IMG/VR virus record: IMGVR_UViG_3300009158_000043
Direction: 5' to 3' (one strand)
From: an uncultured virus (IMG/VR IMGVR_UViG_3300009158_000043)
Lineage: Duplodnaviria; Heunggongvirae; Uroviricota; Caudoviricetes
Length of the DNA: 64,000 nt
Numbering within the stretch: position 1 is the stretch's first letter; each line of letters opens with the position of its first letter. Made by a program: the position numbers and the translations under genes. Positions 26,999 to 36,004 of this stretch are shown here, one piece after another. The notes under the pieces were generated by a model, which saw only the letters and a list, made by a program, of their open reading frames with translations, was not told the origin of the DNA and did not search any database.

Positions 26999-28624
26999 TT
27001 AGATCACAATTTTCTTCACCTTATCTAGGTGGTAATTTGGATTGAACTCGCTTTTCGCGATATCATCGAACATTGAATATCCGTAACCGTAGTAGAAGCG
27101 AACTTTATCTCCTGCGAGTTGAGTTGTTCCATATGCAGCTAAGTCTACTGAGTACACATATGGGCTACCACATGCTTTTACGTAACTCATATAAGAGCTA
27201 TAACTTGATCCGCGATTACATTCGTTATCAGAAAGGATGAAAATACGATCATACTTACGTCCTGATCTTTGTGCTTCCATCCAAGCTGAAGCTAAACTTG
27301 TACCACCCATGCTTGATTTCATCGCTGATGCGATTGAGAATACGTCAGAATTTGCATTCCATTTTACATATTCAGCATGTGAACCGAAACGGATTATATC
27401 TCCATTTGTTGCCTTTGCAATGGTTGCTGCGATTAACGCTGCTTTATCCATACAGGTGCTAGTATAGTTTGTCTTACGCATTGGGTCCAATACTCGAGTA
27501 GTCATAGATCCTGAGAAATCGACCATCACCAATGTTCTACCTGGAAGCATCTCGGCCAAATTTGGAACAGCCGATTCATAACCTGCAAGTAATGCTTTCG
27601 CAACCTTACGGCTATCTACCGTGCTGAACTCAGCATTAGTTACTTCGTGTGCTAAATCTAATTGGTATGGCATAACCTTACCTTTTCGGATCGATTCCGC
27701 ATCTGAAAGTAGAGCACATAGTTTATCAACAGTTGTTGCTTTGCTTACAGTTTTCAACACGTTTCTGATGTTTCGGATAGCTGCAAGAATTCCAAGTTTG
27801 TTCTCAGTTAAGAGGGCATCCCAGTTTTCTGCCTTTGCTTCTTTCAACACTTCTGCGGCTTTTGCTTCATCGAGCTTTCCTTCTTTGACAGCTTTTGCAA
27901 CTTCTTGACCAGCATCAGATTGAGCAACTTCCCATGTATCTGCTGAAACGTTTTCACCTTTCATGATGGCAGAAAGAACTGCTACTTTTTCTCCGTTCAC
28001 ATCTGCAAGAGCTTTAGACTCCTTTGGATTTGGGTGAACTAGGTTGATGACGTCGACTAGTGAACTTTTATATTTCAATAGTGAGTAAGAATCTAATTTT
28101 TCAAGTGCTTCTTTGAAACCTTTCTTCATTGCATTGGTCACGGCAGTCTTGTTCATTGCTGAGAAGCATGCGATAATTTCTGACATGTCGTCTGGTCTGA
28201 AAAGAGTTCCGCCTGACTGTGTTTTCTTATTCCACAATGAGTAGAATCGTTTTGCCCAATCTTGTCCAGCACAGTGTGGTGCTAAGTAGCTTGCAGCTAA
28301 ATGGTTTACTGAGCGCATTCCTTCGCCAACGCAACGTGAATACACGATACATTGTGCAGTGAAGTACGCATCTTCTTTTGCACAGTCATCAATTAGAGTT
28401 TTAATCTCCTTCATCGTTTCAGTTTCTGAACGATAGAATTGGTTCTCTAATTTTAGAGTGTTTAACATAGTCAAGAGCTTCAACCACTTATCAAGTGAGT
28501 AAGCATCATTTCCTTGACGGTTCTTAGCGTCTGGTTTTGGCAGGTTTACAGCCTCAACTAGCTTCACATCAGGTTGCATAGTAGCAAGTGTGTTGCGAAG
28601 ATTCTTGTTTCTGAATTTTGTCAT
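26999..28624 (-). CDS. Ro60/TROVE-domain RNA-binding protein with C-terminal vWA domain
   Basis: NRQG..AY, ENQFY, GMRS, RPDDMSE, LVHPNP, TWE, AIRNIRN, DFSGSM (MIDAS), ILSDNE. Confidence 0.92.
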   Translation of the reverse strand: MTKFRNKNLRNTLATMQPDVKLVEAVNLPKPDAKNRQGNDAYSLDKWLKLLTMLNTLKLENQFYRSETETMKEIKTLIDDCAKEDAYFTAQCIVYSRCVGEGMRSVNHLAASYLAPHCAGQDWAKRFYSLWNKKTQSGGTLFRPDDMSEIIACFSAMNKTAVTNAMKKGFKEALEKLDSYSLLKYKSSLVDVINLVHPNPKESKALADVNGEKVAVLSAIMKGENVSADTWEVAQSDAGQEVAKAVKEGKLDEAKAAEVLKEAKAENWDALLTENKLGILAAIRNIRNVLKTVSKATTVDKLCALLSDAESIRKGKVMPYQLDLAHEVTNAEFSTVDSRKVAKALLAGYESAVPNLAEMLPGRTLVMVDFSGSMTTRVLDPMRKTNYTSTCMDKAALIAATIAKATNGDIIRFGSHAEYVKWNANSDVFSIASAMKSSMGGTSLASAWMEAQRSGRKYDRIFILSDNECNRGSSYSSYMSYVKACGSPYVYSVDLAAYGTTQLAGDKVRFYYGYGYSMFDDIAKSEFNPNYHLDKVKKIVI

Positions 28625-28656
28625 ACTTTTAGTACAAGGTTTTACTTTTTTTGTTT

Positions 28657-29046
28657 TTATTCTTGCTCACTCGAGTTTGCAAAGAAGTGTAATAGTGAAC
28701 GGATATTTCTCTGTTCGCTAGTTAGGCGATCATAGTCGATTCTTCGTTCTTGAATCTCTTTTTGTATTGCAGCATTTTTATCTCTTAATTCAATAAGATC
28801 TAAATCGCTACTTGTAATCTCAATAAATGCTGCTTCTCTTGCATCTGCATTCGAATAGACTTTCTTTCCAGCGTCATCAACTTTTGAATTGATTTCACTT
28901 TTAAGTGTTGTCTCAGTATTTGAAATCTCGGTGGAGACTTCTTGAGATTTTTGAGTTTTTCCAAGAATCTGTAATTGCACATCGGCAATTTCTTGCGGTA
29001 AACTCAATAACCTATTGCTTAATTCTGATAGTTTTTCGTTATTCAT
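28657..29046 (-). CDS. Coiled-coil hypothetical protein upstream of Ro60
   Basis: 129 aa; KKVYSNADAREA. Confidence 0.75.
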   Translation of the reverse strand: MNNEKLSELSNRLLSLPQEIADVQLQILGKTQKSQEVSTEISNTETTLKSEINSKVDDAGKKVYSNADAREAAFIEITSSDLDLIELRDKNAAIQKEIQERRIDYDRLTSEQRNIRSLLHFFANSSEQE

Positions 29047-29084
29047 AAAGTTATTATACTATGAATTTGAGCAATATTAAATTT

Positions 29085-29243
29085 TTTGTCAGAGAAAATT
29101 GCAAAAGCCGTTTTTCTTGTAAGCGAGCTACCACTGCTCTACCACGGCAAGTAATTTTTTAGTTGTGCCGTGGGATGGATTCGAACCACCGACCTCTTCC
29201 TTATAATGGATTTCGAAGTAACTTTTACGTTGCTACTGACAAA
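29085..29243 (-). ncRNA. Y-RNA-like RNA 6
   Basis: TTTGTCAG/CTGACAAA ends; TAGCAA..AAAAGTTACTTC; T arm, closed acceptor CCACGGCA/TGCCGTGG, D arm. Confidence 0.8.
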
Positions 29244-29244
29244 G

Positions 29245-29318
29245 TTGCGATGGAGTGGATTCGAACCACTGATTTCAAGCTTATGAGGCTTGTGAGATGA
29301 CCGCTTCTCTACCCCGCA
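29245..29318 (-). tRNA. tRNA(CAT), initiator-like but atypical
   Basis: TGCGGGG start; loop CTCATAA; lacks the three G-C pairs in the anticodon stem. Confidence 0.7.
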
Positions 29319-29332
29319 ATATATTTTTTTCG

Positions 29333-29406
29333 TAGCGAAATCGGGAATTGAACCCGAGACCTCAGGGTTATGAATCCTGCGCTCTACCGACTGAGCTACC
29401 TCGCCA
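29333..29406 (-). tRNA. tRNA-Met(CAT), elongator
   Basis: Loop TTCATAA. Confidence 0.9.
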
Positions 29407-29456
29407 TTTTTCTACCTAATCTCCAGCCTTCTGGTATAAGTACAAAATATTCCCGG

Positions 29457-29530
29457 CGGTCCGTACGGGGCTCGAACCCGTGATCTCCTACGTGACAGGC
29501 AGGCGTCCACTCCATCTGGACTGACAGACC
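29457..29530 (-). tRNA. tRNA-Asp(GTC)
   Basis: Loop CTGTCAC. Confidence 0.9.
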
Positions 29531-29538
29531 AATAAAAC

Positions 29539-29569
29539 AAAAAACCTCAACTTTATGGGTTGAGGTTTT
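29539..29569 (-). terminator. Attenuator terminator upstream of tRNA-Asp
   Basis: AAAACCTCAAC-loop-GTTGAGGTTTT plus further T. Confidence 0.8.
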
Positions 29570-29593
29570 CAGATTTGAAATATCTTATAAAAC

Positions 29594-29680
29594 TCAACTT
29601 CGATGCACACAATCACGATCTGTCCCTACCTCTAATGAAGGTATGAAACTGCGTTCGATCATATTTTTGAAGATTTGCAT
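29594..29680 (-). CDS. 28-aa putative leader peptide
   Basis: MQIFKNMIERSFIPSLEVGTDRDCVHRS; stop lies within GTTGAG, complementary to the terminator 5' arm. Confidence 0.6.
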   Translation of the reverse strand: MQIFKNMIERSFIPSLEVGTDRDCVHRS

Positions 29681-29980
29681 CTGCCGGTTGTTTATTTTTT
29701 ATTATTTATACTCAAAAACTAAAAAGATTTTAAGTTTATGTTAAACTTTTTTCTGGGTGTAAATATACTACTTATTTTTGAATCTAACAATTGAAGCAAA
29801 AATTAATGTGAACCAGTAAAATATTTGTCACGTAAATATTGATTCCAGGCCTCGCGTTTATTACCATTGATAAAAAACCAGCCGATGTGTAATTCAAAAA
29901 ATTTTACTATTTCATATTTCATAAAGTAATAATACTATTTAATCTATAACAATAAAACTTTTTTGTTAAATTTTTATTAT

Positions 29981-30436
29981 TTATTGAGAGATTAGCTTTT
30001 CTTGCTGTCTTTCTTCAAAACTTAAGAGACCCTTACCGTATGTTTTGAATCGCGCGGAATATCTCTTCTTGACTCTTTCTGACACAGGTATCGGATTTCC
30101 CTCTTCATCAATTCTAACAAATTTCATGTTAGTATGTAGACCAACGTCTTGTTCTCCGGTGTAAACGTTATGCTTTCTGACCTCAATATAGAGAGTAACT
30201 GAGGTTGTTCCAAATTCTTTTACTGCAGCGTAGACTTTAATAATATTTCCGAGCTTAATTGGCATTTTAAAAATAAGTTCATCAATTTTAATAGTGACCA
30301 TTCTTGGAGTATCACAGATCTGTGACGCATATGCTCCAGCACTCTGATCGATTATTCCAAGAAGAGTTCCACCAAACATGTTTGAATGAACGCCGATGTC
30401 TGACGCTTTACAGATATATGTAGTTACTAATTCCAT
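29981..30436 (-). CDS. Acyl-CoA thioesterase (HotDog fold)
   Basis: DIGVHSNMFGG..D, VT..ID...FK.PI, FVRIDEEG.PIP. Confidence 0.85.
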   Translation of the reverse strand: MELVTTYICKASDIGVHSNMFGGTLLGIIDQSAGAYASQICDTPRMVTIKIDELIFKMPIKLGNIIKVYAAVKEFGTTSVTLYIEVRKHNVYTGEQDVGLHTNMKFVRIDEEGNPIPVSERVKKRYSARFKTYGKGLLSFEERQQEKLISQ

Positions 30437-30439
30437 TTA

Positions 30440-30589
30440 TTATGCAAGTAGATGATGAAGTATGACAATCTGTATTCCTAAAACGACAATACCAATTACT
30501 GTACGCACAAGCTCCATTCGATTCTTGTACATATCTAATTTTTCTTCTAGTGAAAGTTTACGACAATTATATAAATGGTTATTCTTCAT
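30440..30589 (-). CDS. 49-aa membrane peptide
   Basis: Translated by hand; C-terminal hydrophobic helix. Confidence 0.55.
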   Translation of the reverse strand: MKNNHLYNCRKLSLEEKLDMYKNRMELVRTVIGIVVLGIQIVILHHLLA

Positions 30590-30590
30590 A

Positions 30591-30785
30591 TTAATTTGAT
30601 AAAGGTGCCTTAATTTGTGGGTGAGATTGATGATTTTCTAATACAAAATCCGTATTATTTAAGTGCGTTACTAATGAAATATCTTCTGATAAAGATTTGA
30701 AGAATGCTTCAGTTTTCATATGTTTTAGAGTTGGTAATGGATATGGTTCTCTTGTTCGTTTAGGTAATTTAGATATATATTCCAT
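30591..30785 (-). pseudogene. C-terminal remnant of thymidylate synthase ThyA
   Basis: REPYPLPTL...DFVLENHQSHPQIKAPLSN matches ThyA C-termini; catalytic core absent. Confidence 0.7.
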
Positions 30786-30809
30786 TCTTCATTAAGTTCA
30801 TCTAATTTA

Positions 30810-31187
30810 TTAGCAATCAATCTTAATGAATGAGACGCCATGGATGCCTCTACCTTTAATGCAAGCATATGTATTACTTGTAAAGGTAGACACAAAGATA
30901 GGCTCCAATACGTTCATAATCGCATGGTGAACTATCCTGTCTGGATAATAAGGCAAGCTAGATATTACTCTTTCCTTACCTTCGAAAATTTTAAATGTCT
31001 TGTATTGAGAAGTGGTAAAAGTTTTAAACAAAAGAGCTTCATTCAATTTAAGAATGTTTATGTCTTTTTCGTTATCATGTGATATAACACCACTCTTCTT
31101 TGTTTTACTTTTCCTAGCAATAACATCTGCTAATTCTAAATTGTCAATTGAACAAACATCATTAAATAGATTCCCAACTCGCTTCAC
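30810..31187 (-). pseudogene. DGR reverse transcriptase, N-terminal fragment
   Basis: MKRVGNLF, EGKERVISSLPYYPDRIVHHAIMNVLEP, TYACIKGRGIH; stops before the YxDD motif. Confidence 0.9.
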
Positions 31188-31205
31188 AAAACTTTCTCAA
31201 TCACA

Positions 31206-31649
31206 TTATAATTCTTCTGTTATATAATCTTTAAATAAATCTAGGAAATTATTACCTAAATATTGCGCTTCTGCATCAGTACCAACATAAAGGGCCGATG
31301 GAACATACGTAATAGTATTGCCATAATGAGTACGATAATACGAAAAACCTTTCTCTAAATCAAACCAGATTCTCCATTTCCTTTGATTTGAATCAGACCA
31401 ATTAGGTATCCAATTGGTGAATGACCTCATAGCCTTAACGATTACTTTAAGCTTAATAAAAGCGATTTCTCCTTTGGTTAAGTTAATAAACTTGTTATTG
31501 AAGTTGGTTATATTTAACCCCAAGTATTCACAAGCAATTTCAAAAGACTTGATGTCTTTATACGATTTGGGTTTGCTTGTCTGTCTAGCTATTTCAGCTA
31601 ATTGGTCATCAGTTAAGGTGATTGACATACCATTGATATCGATTTTCAT
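31206..31649 (-). CDS. DGR target protein 2
   Basis: Contains VR2; paralogous to target 1 (KSF..AC, KLKVI.KA, W.P.W). Confidence 0.88.
   Translation of the reverse strand: MKIDINGMSITLTDDQLAEIARQTSKPKSYKDIKSFEIACEYLGLNITNFNNKFINLTKGEIAFIKLKVIVKAMRSFTNWIPNWSDSNQRKWRIWFDLEKGFSYYRTHYGNTITYVPSALYVGTDAEAQYLGNNFLDLFKDYITEEL
31293..31349 (-). repeat. DGR variable repeat VR2
   Basis: 57 nt; 9 mismatches to TR, all at TR adenines. Confidence 0.93.
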
Positions 31650-31775
31650 TTATTTTTATTTTATTGATTTAACCTTTGCTTTAATAGTTGCGTTCTCCGA
31701 AGATACTAACACCTAACTAAATTATGTAATTTTTTACCATGCTGGTAAGGTCTGTGCCGTTATGTTTTAGCAAGT

Positions 31776-31834
31776 TGCTGATGGAACATTCGTATTAGTA
31801 TTGTTATAATTAGTATTATAATACGAAAAACCGC
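31776..31834 (-). repeat. DGR template repeat TR
   Basis: Intergenic and AAT/AAC-rich: GGT TTT TCG TAT TAT AAT ACT AAT TAT AAC AAT ACT AAT ACG AAT GTT CCA TCA GCA. Confidence 0.93.
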
Positions 31835-31857
31835 ATCGTGTTTGACACACAACCTTT

Positions 31858-32406
31858 TTATATGTAATATGCTTTATATTCTTCCAAAGCTATCTTAGCG
31901 CAATGTACCGCTAAATCGTTAGATTTTAGGCAAAGGGCTGATGGAACATCCGTAGCAGCATGGCGATAATCAGTAACATAAGACGAAAAACCGCCCTTCA
32001 TTCTCCACCAATTCCAATACTTGTATTCATTGGAGTTTTCCCAATCTGGATACCACCCTTCATTTAGTGCTTTTATTATTACCTTAAGCTTTTTAAATGC
32101 TACCTCATCCTTTGTATCACTTGATGTGAAGACACTCTTAGAATCGATATTAAGGACACTGCAAGCATCCAAAAACGATTTAACCTTACTTCTGATATCC
32201 AGAGGTTGTTTGAAAAACTTTTCAAGTACTGATTTTTGGTCATTATCTGATGCTTTAAACATTTCATCCACTTCTGATTGAGTTAACTCAATTTCGGTTG
32301 AAAATGGATTCCGTTTAGCATATTCCTATATTTTAGATTTCCAACCAGAGCAAGCAACATTATAAATTTGTTTAAGATTGTCTCTGGTAATAATTTGTTT
32401 TGACAT
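31858..32406 (-). pseudogene. DGR target protein 1 with in-frame TAG at codon 27
   Basis: ATG at 32406 is in frame; TAG at 32326-32328; contains VR1. Confidence 0.75.
31936..31994 (-). repeat. DGR variable repeat VR1
   Basis: 12 mismatches to TR, all at TR adenines. Confidence 0.93.
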
Positions 32407-32502
32407 GGTATATTTATTAAAATTTATACAAAGGTACTAAAGATTTTTGAATCTACCAAATATTATGATAAATAATCTGATGGTCTATCTGATGTTGTTT
32501 TT

Positions 32503-32649
32503 TCAATTGTTATCATTGATAATTTCTTTTAATCGTTTAATCTCAGCGATTACATCATCACCTAATTCAATTTTAGACATCATTGATAAGTCTACTACTT
32601 GAGATTCTAATACTTTGATTAGCTCGTCTTTTGCTTGTTCTTTACTCAT
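32503..32649 (-). CDS. 48-aa hypothetical protein
   Basis: Translated by hand: MSKEQAKDELIKVLESQVVDL... Confidence 0.55.
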   Translation of the reverse strand: MSKEQAKDELIKVLESQVVDLSMMSKIELGDDVIAEIKRLKEIINDNN

Positions 32650-32796
32650 AACTTTCTATTTTATTTTCTTTATATGTTATTGTGATTAGTTTGGTTGGGA
32701 TATTCCATTTATCATAATATTACAAATTTAAAATTAATATTTTTATTTAATACAGAATCTCGTTTCAATACTAATAAGCCATGTCCATCTAATTCG

Positions 32797-33021
32797 CTAT
32801 CCATGGTCAGTTAATTTTTTATATTCCTGAACGCCGCGTTCCCATCCGACATAAGCATAGAAAAGAGTCATTAATTCAGTTTTACTTAAGATTACAACAC
32901 GTTCATCTCCGGCCTTATCTTCATTAATAATATAGATATTGCTGCTTGCTTCAAATTCAACGGTCGCATCAGTTGTCGATCCGTCTTCAAAAATAATTTT
33001 TCCAATTTTAAATCTCGGCAT
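32797..33021 (-). CDS. Hypothetical protein
   Basis: 74 aa in a tightly packed operon. Confidence 0.7.
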   Translation of the reverse strand: MPRFKIGKIIFEDGSTTDATVEFEASSNIYIINEDKAGDERVVILSKTELMTLFYAYVGWERGVQEYKKLTDHG

Positions 33022-33023
33022 GG

Positions 33024-33455
33024 TTATCTAGGTCTAGTTAGTAATATTTCGATTTTTGGTCGAATTGTACGTTCTATCTTAAACGCTGGGGCAGAGTATG
33101 CTCCAATAATTTTCTGTACTGTGTCTGGCCCAGGAATACCATTCATTTGACGATTGTTAAAACCTTCGTCAAACATTGTGGCACCTCGATCCTCAATCTG
33201 AGTTAGCGGTTTTGAAAAATCAAAAATTATTTTATCGGCACCTGCACCATTTGTGGTAGTTGGGTTAAACGTTTTGAAATCCCAGCCTTTTTCTACAATA
33301 AACATATATACCTCATGACCCAATCTTCCAGTAAAAGTTATTCTATTTGGCCATTTACCGGCTTCTTCTCGTAACTCAGAAAGATATTCTGACATGACTT
33401 GAAATACGTCCTGCGTGAATTGCGCATCTTTTATTATAGGAACATTAAACCGCAT
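33024..33455 (-). CDS. Hypothetical protein
   Basis: 143 aa in the same operon. Confidence 0.75.
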   Translation of the reverse strand: MRFNVPIIKDAQFTQDVFQVMSEYLSELREEAGKWPNRITFTGRLGHEVYMFIVEKGWDFKTFNPTTTNGAGADKIIFDFSKPLTQIEDRGATMFDEGFNNRQMNGIPGPDTVQKIIGAYSAPAFKIERTIRPKIEILLTRPR

Positions 33456-33756
33456 TTGTAGTTATTGTAAATTCACCAAGTTGCTTTTTAGGATGCAACT
33501 CGCTACTAATTTTTCGAAGAATCGCATTTACACGATCACTACATTTACCGTCAAGCCACATTGTTCCATTATTTCTGCAAGTAAATGTGCGTTGCGCATC
33601 ATCCATGCATTCAAATTTAAAAGAATCTGAAGTATCATGAATTACACCAAAATGGAAAATGAATACTTCTCTCGAATAATAGTCTGGCTTTGCTTCTGCA
33701 AATTTTGTCAGAACATCGTAAACTTTCTCAGCAATATTGGTTGGTAACTTTTGCAT
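33445..33756 (-). CDS. Hypothetical protein
   Basis: 103 aa in the same operon. Confidence 0.75.
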   Translation of the reverse strand: MQKLPTNIAEKVYDVLTKFAEAKPDYYSREVFIFHFGVIHDTSDSFKFECMDDAQRTFTCRNNGTMWLDGKCSDRVNAILRKISSELHPKKQLGEFTITTNAV

Positions 33757-33762
33757 TATTTC

Positions 33763-33963
33763 TTATTTAAGAACATCCATGATTTTCGATTCCTGAACGC
33801 TGGCTACTGCAAATTCTGCAATAGAATCTTTAAATCGAGCAGTCAATTTAGTTTCAGCTTCTGAGATTGACTCAGCTGCGACTAGATACTGTTCTTTAAT
33901 TGTTTTTGTGCGACCTGAACGGTCATCGATTGTTTCAAATTTTACAGTTGCTATGTAATACAT
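33763..33963 (-). CDS. DUF4494-like protein
   Basis: VKFE....G..K.IKEQYLV.AESISEAE...ESKIMDV. Confidence 0.7.
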   Translation of the reverse strand: MYYIATVKFETIDDRSGRTKTIKEQYLVAAESISEAETKLTARFKDSIAEFAVASVQESKIMDVLK

Positions 33964-33966
33964 AAT

Positions 33967-34140
33967 CTATTTTGTTTTTTTGTTTGTTTTTCTTATTTTA
34001 TCAATATATGCATGACACTCGCTTGGACCAAGAAGAGCATCATATTTGTCTAGTCGACGAAAAAATTCATCGTGCCCGGCTTCTTTATATTCCTGCTTAA
34101 GAGTTTTAAGATCAGGTAAATATCTTTTTTCGAATCCCAT
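33967..34140 (-). CDS. 57-aa hypothetical protein
   Basis: Translated by hand: MGFEKRYLPDL...; fills the gap in the operon. Confidence 0.6.
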   Translation of the reverse strand: MGFEKRYLPDLKTLKQEYKEAGHDEFFRRLDKYDALLGPSECHAYIDKIRKTNKKTK

Positions 34141-34144
34141 GTTA

Positions 34145-35428
34145 TTATATACTCCGAGTTTTTCCGTGGTTTATCTTGAAGACTGGAAAACGTAAAGAAT
34201 TGTTACCATGCTGATCAGTAGTCTCCTCAAAATAAGTAACTGTTATGATTGCATCAACTATTTTTTCAGGATGGTCATAATATTCACGGCGTTCATTTAT
34301 TGAAAATCCACTGCCTACTTGAACTCGATTTCCTTTATGCTCAATAATAACTGCACTTAGCATTGTCTCCTCGACTTCACGTTCATTTACGATAACTCGC
34401 TGTGGACCCATAATCGTTTCAACTACTCTATATTCGGCATCAAAAAATTCTTTAAGCTTTAGCATATTTTTTGTGCGATCGCCTTCATAACCAACGTCAC
34501 GACGTGCAATCAATCCTTCCCATCCACGTTCTTTTGCAGTCTGTCTAAAATCAAGTACATTCTGTTCAGTGTAGACTCTAGTTTGAGGTAATGTTGCAAG
34601 AATAGGTGAATCAGTAAAGATATGACGATGTCTTCTGTACTGTAATTTTTCTTCTCCGTGACCATTATCGAATTCTTCAAGTGTTAGGCAATCAAATACC
34701 CAATATCTAGGTTTTTGAATAGTATGATCTTTACGCTGAATCTGTTTCAGGATTCCCTGGAAGTCATCTGTGCCATCTTCATTCATCATGCATATTTCAC
34801 CATCCAACACACAATCGTTTAACCCCAGGCGTTCTATTTCCTCTCTGACTTTTCCAAGAGTTTCAAATTCTTTACCGTTTCTTGAAAAGAACTTAACACT
34901 ACCATTTCTAATTATTACGATACACCGAACTCCATCTAATTTACGCGAAATATACCAAGTACCATCGGCCAGGTTGACCTTTTTAGCTTTGGTAAAATCA
35001 TATGCAAGTGCGACATCAAATGTAGGAATTAATCCGGGAACAACTCGATTAATCAGACTAGTTGTTGCTCTGGTTTCAAGGTTACGATCGATTATTTGGT
35101 AGATTAGATAATCGAATTTTGAATATTGTGCAATAAAATTATTAACAGCTTCAATTGCATTGTGACCAGTAAGATGACGATCATTTAAGTCGTCCAGTAA
35201 ATAGAAAAGATTGTCATATACATCAACTGCTGCCGTAAGATCTGATCTCTTTTTAAGATTAGCAGAAGTTACACCATATTGTTTATATGGGTGATATGTG
35301 TATTTCAACACATTGCAGATGAATTCGTCACCTGAATACTTTTTAAGAATTTCGATTTTGTGATTTGTCGAATTTGAGGAGTTCATCTCAGCGATGAAAT
35401 TTGCAAGATTCTCGAAACGATCAGTCAT
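34145..35428 (-). CDS. ATP-dependent DNA ligase
   Basis: KLDGVR, LDGE, EGLIAR, LKLK, VGSGFS, LRFPVF. Confidence 0.95.
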   Translation of the reverse strand: MTDRFENLANFIAEMNSSNSTNHKIEILKKYSGDEFICNVLKYTYHPYKQYGVTSANLKKRSDLTAAVDVYDNLFYLLDDLNDRHLTGHNAIEAVNNFIAQYSKFDYLIYQIIDRNLETRATTSLINRVVPGLIPTFDVALAYDFTKAKKVNLADGTWYISRKLDGVRCIVIIRNGSVKFFSRNGKEFETLGKVREEIERLGLNDCVLDGEICMMNEDGTDDFQGILKQIQRKDHTIQKPRYWVFDCLTLEEFDNGHGEEKLQYRRHRHIFTDSPILATLPQTRVYTEQNVLDFRQTAKERGWEGLIARRDVGYEGDRTKNMLKLKEFFDAEYRVVETIMGPQRVIVNEREVEETMLSAVIIEHKGNRVQVGSGFSINERREYYDHPEKIVDAIITVTYFEETTDQHGNNSLRFPVFKINHGKTRSI

Positions 35429-35477
35429 AATAGTATAATATTGGTGTATTACTATTATACTAAATTATTGTAGTTAA

Positions 35478-35918
35478 TTAAATAGTAAGGTCACAATTAT
35501 CACTTCCATGTTTATCAAACCAACCGGCAGTAAGCTCGACTGCAAATCTGGCAGGTTTTTTACTAAAATATCTTGGCAGTTTATGATCAGCTTCGCCAGT
35601 AGTCGGCACCATTGTTTCGTGACCAACATATCGCATTGCAGAATCAAAGAAGATTATATCTAATGGAAAGCGTACGTCCTTCATCCAAAAAGACAGAGGT
35701 TGATTTCCATCATATATAAAGATAATTCCTTCACCTTCTTCCGGCTCAGATGTCGCTCCCATAAATCCTTTTGCTTGACTCTGAGCAGTTGCTGCAACTT
35801 TTAATCGCAAGGTTTTACCAGCAATTTTTGCGTCAATCTCTTTACCATCTACCTGATTCTTTTTGCAGAATTCTTCAAATAGTGGCACTGTTTTATTATG
35901 TCGATACTCGCTCATCAT
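35478..35918 (-). CDS. DUF192 family protein
   Basis: GFM, FWMKDVRFPLDIIFFD, AVEL.AG. Confidence 0.85.
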   Translation of the reverse strand: MMSEYRHNKTVPLFEEFCKKNQVDGKEIDAKIAGKTLRLKVAATAQSQAKGFMGATSEPEEGEGIIFIYDGNQPLSFWMKDVRFPLDIIFFDSAMRYVGHETMVPTTGEADHKLPRYFSKKPARFAVELTAGWFDKHGSDNCDLTI

Positions 35919-35944
35919 AATTATTTATTTCAGTTCTGTGAAAA

Positions 35945-35978
35945 TAAAAAACGAGTGATCGCATATGCGCCCACTCGC
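35945..35978 (-). terminator. Rho-independent terminator
   Basis: CGAGTGGGCGC-ATAT-GCGATCACTCG plus T run. Confidence 0.7.
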
Positions 35979-36004
35979 TTGTGTTTAATTATATTAGTTG
36001 TGAA

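Noticed and set aside
30810..31187. Group II intron or retron RT
   Set aside because: The adjacent TR/VR pairs with adenine-only mismatches identify it as a DGR RT.
32326..32328. Genome-wide TAG recoding or amber suppression
   Set aside because: Other genes are full length in the standard code, several end in TAG, and no proper CTA tRNA was found. The CTA in the Y-like RNA1 loop has only a weak stem.
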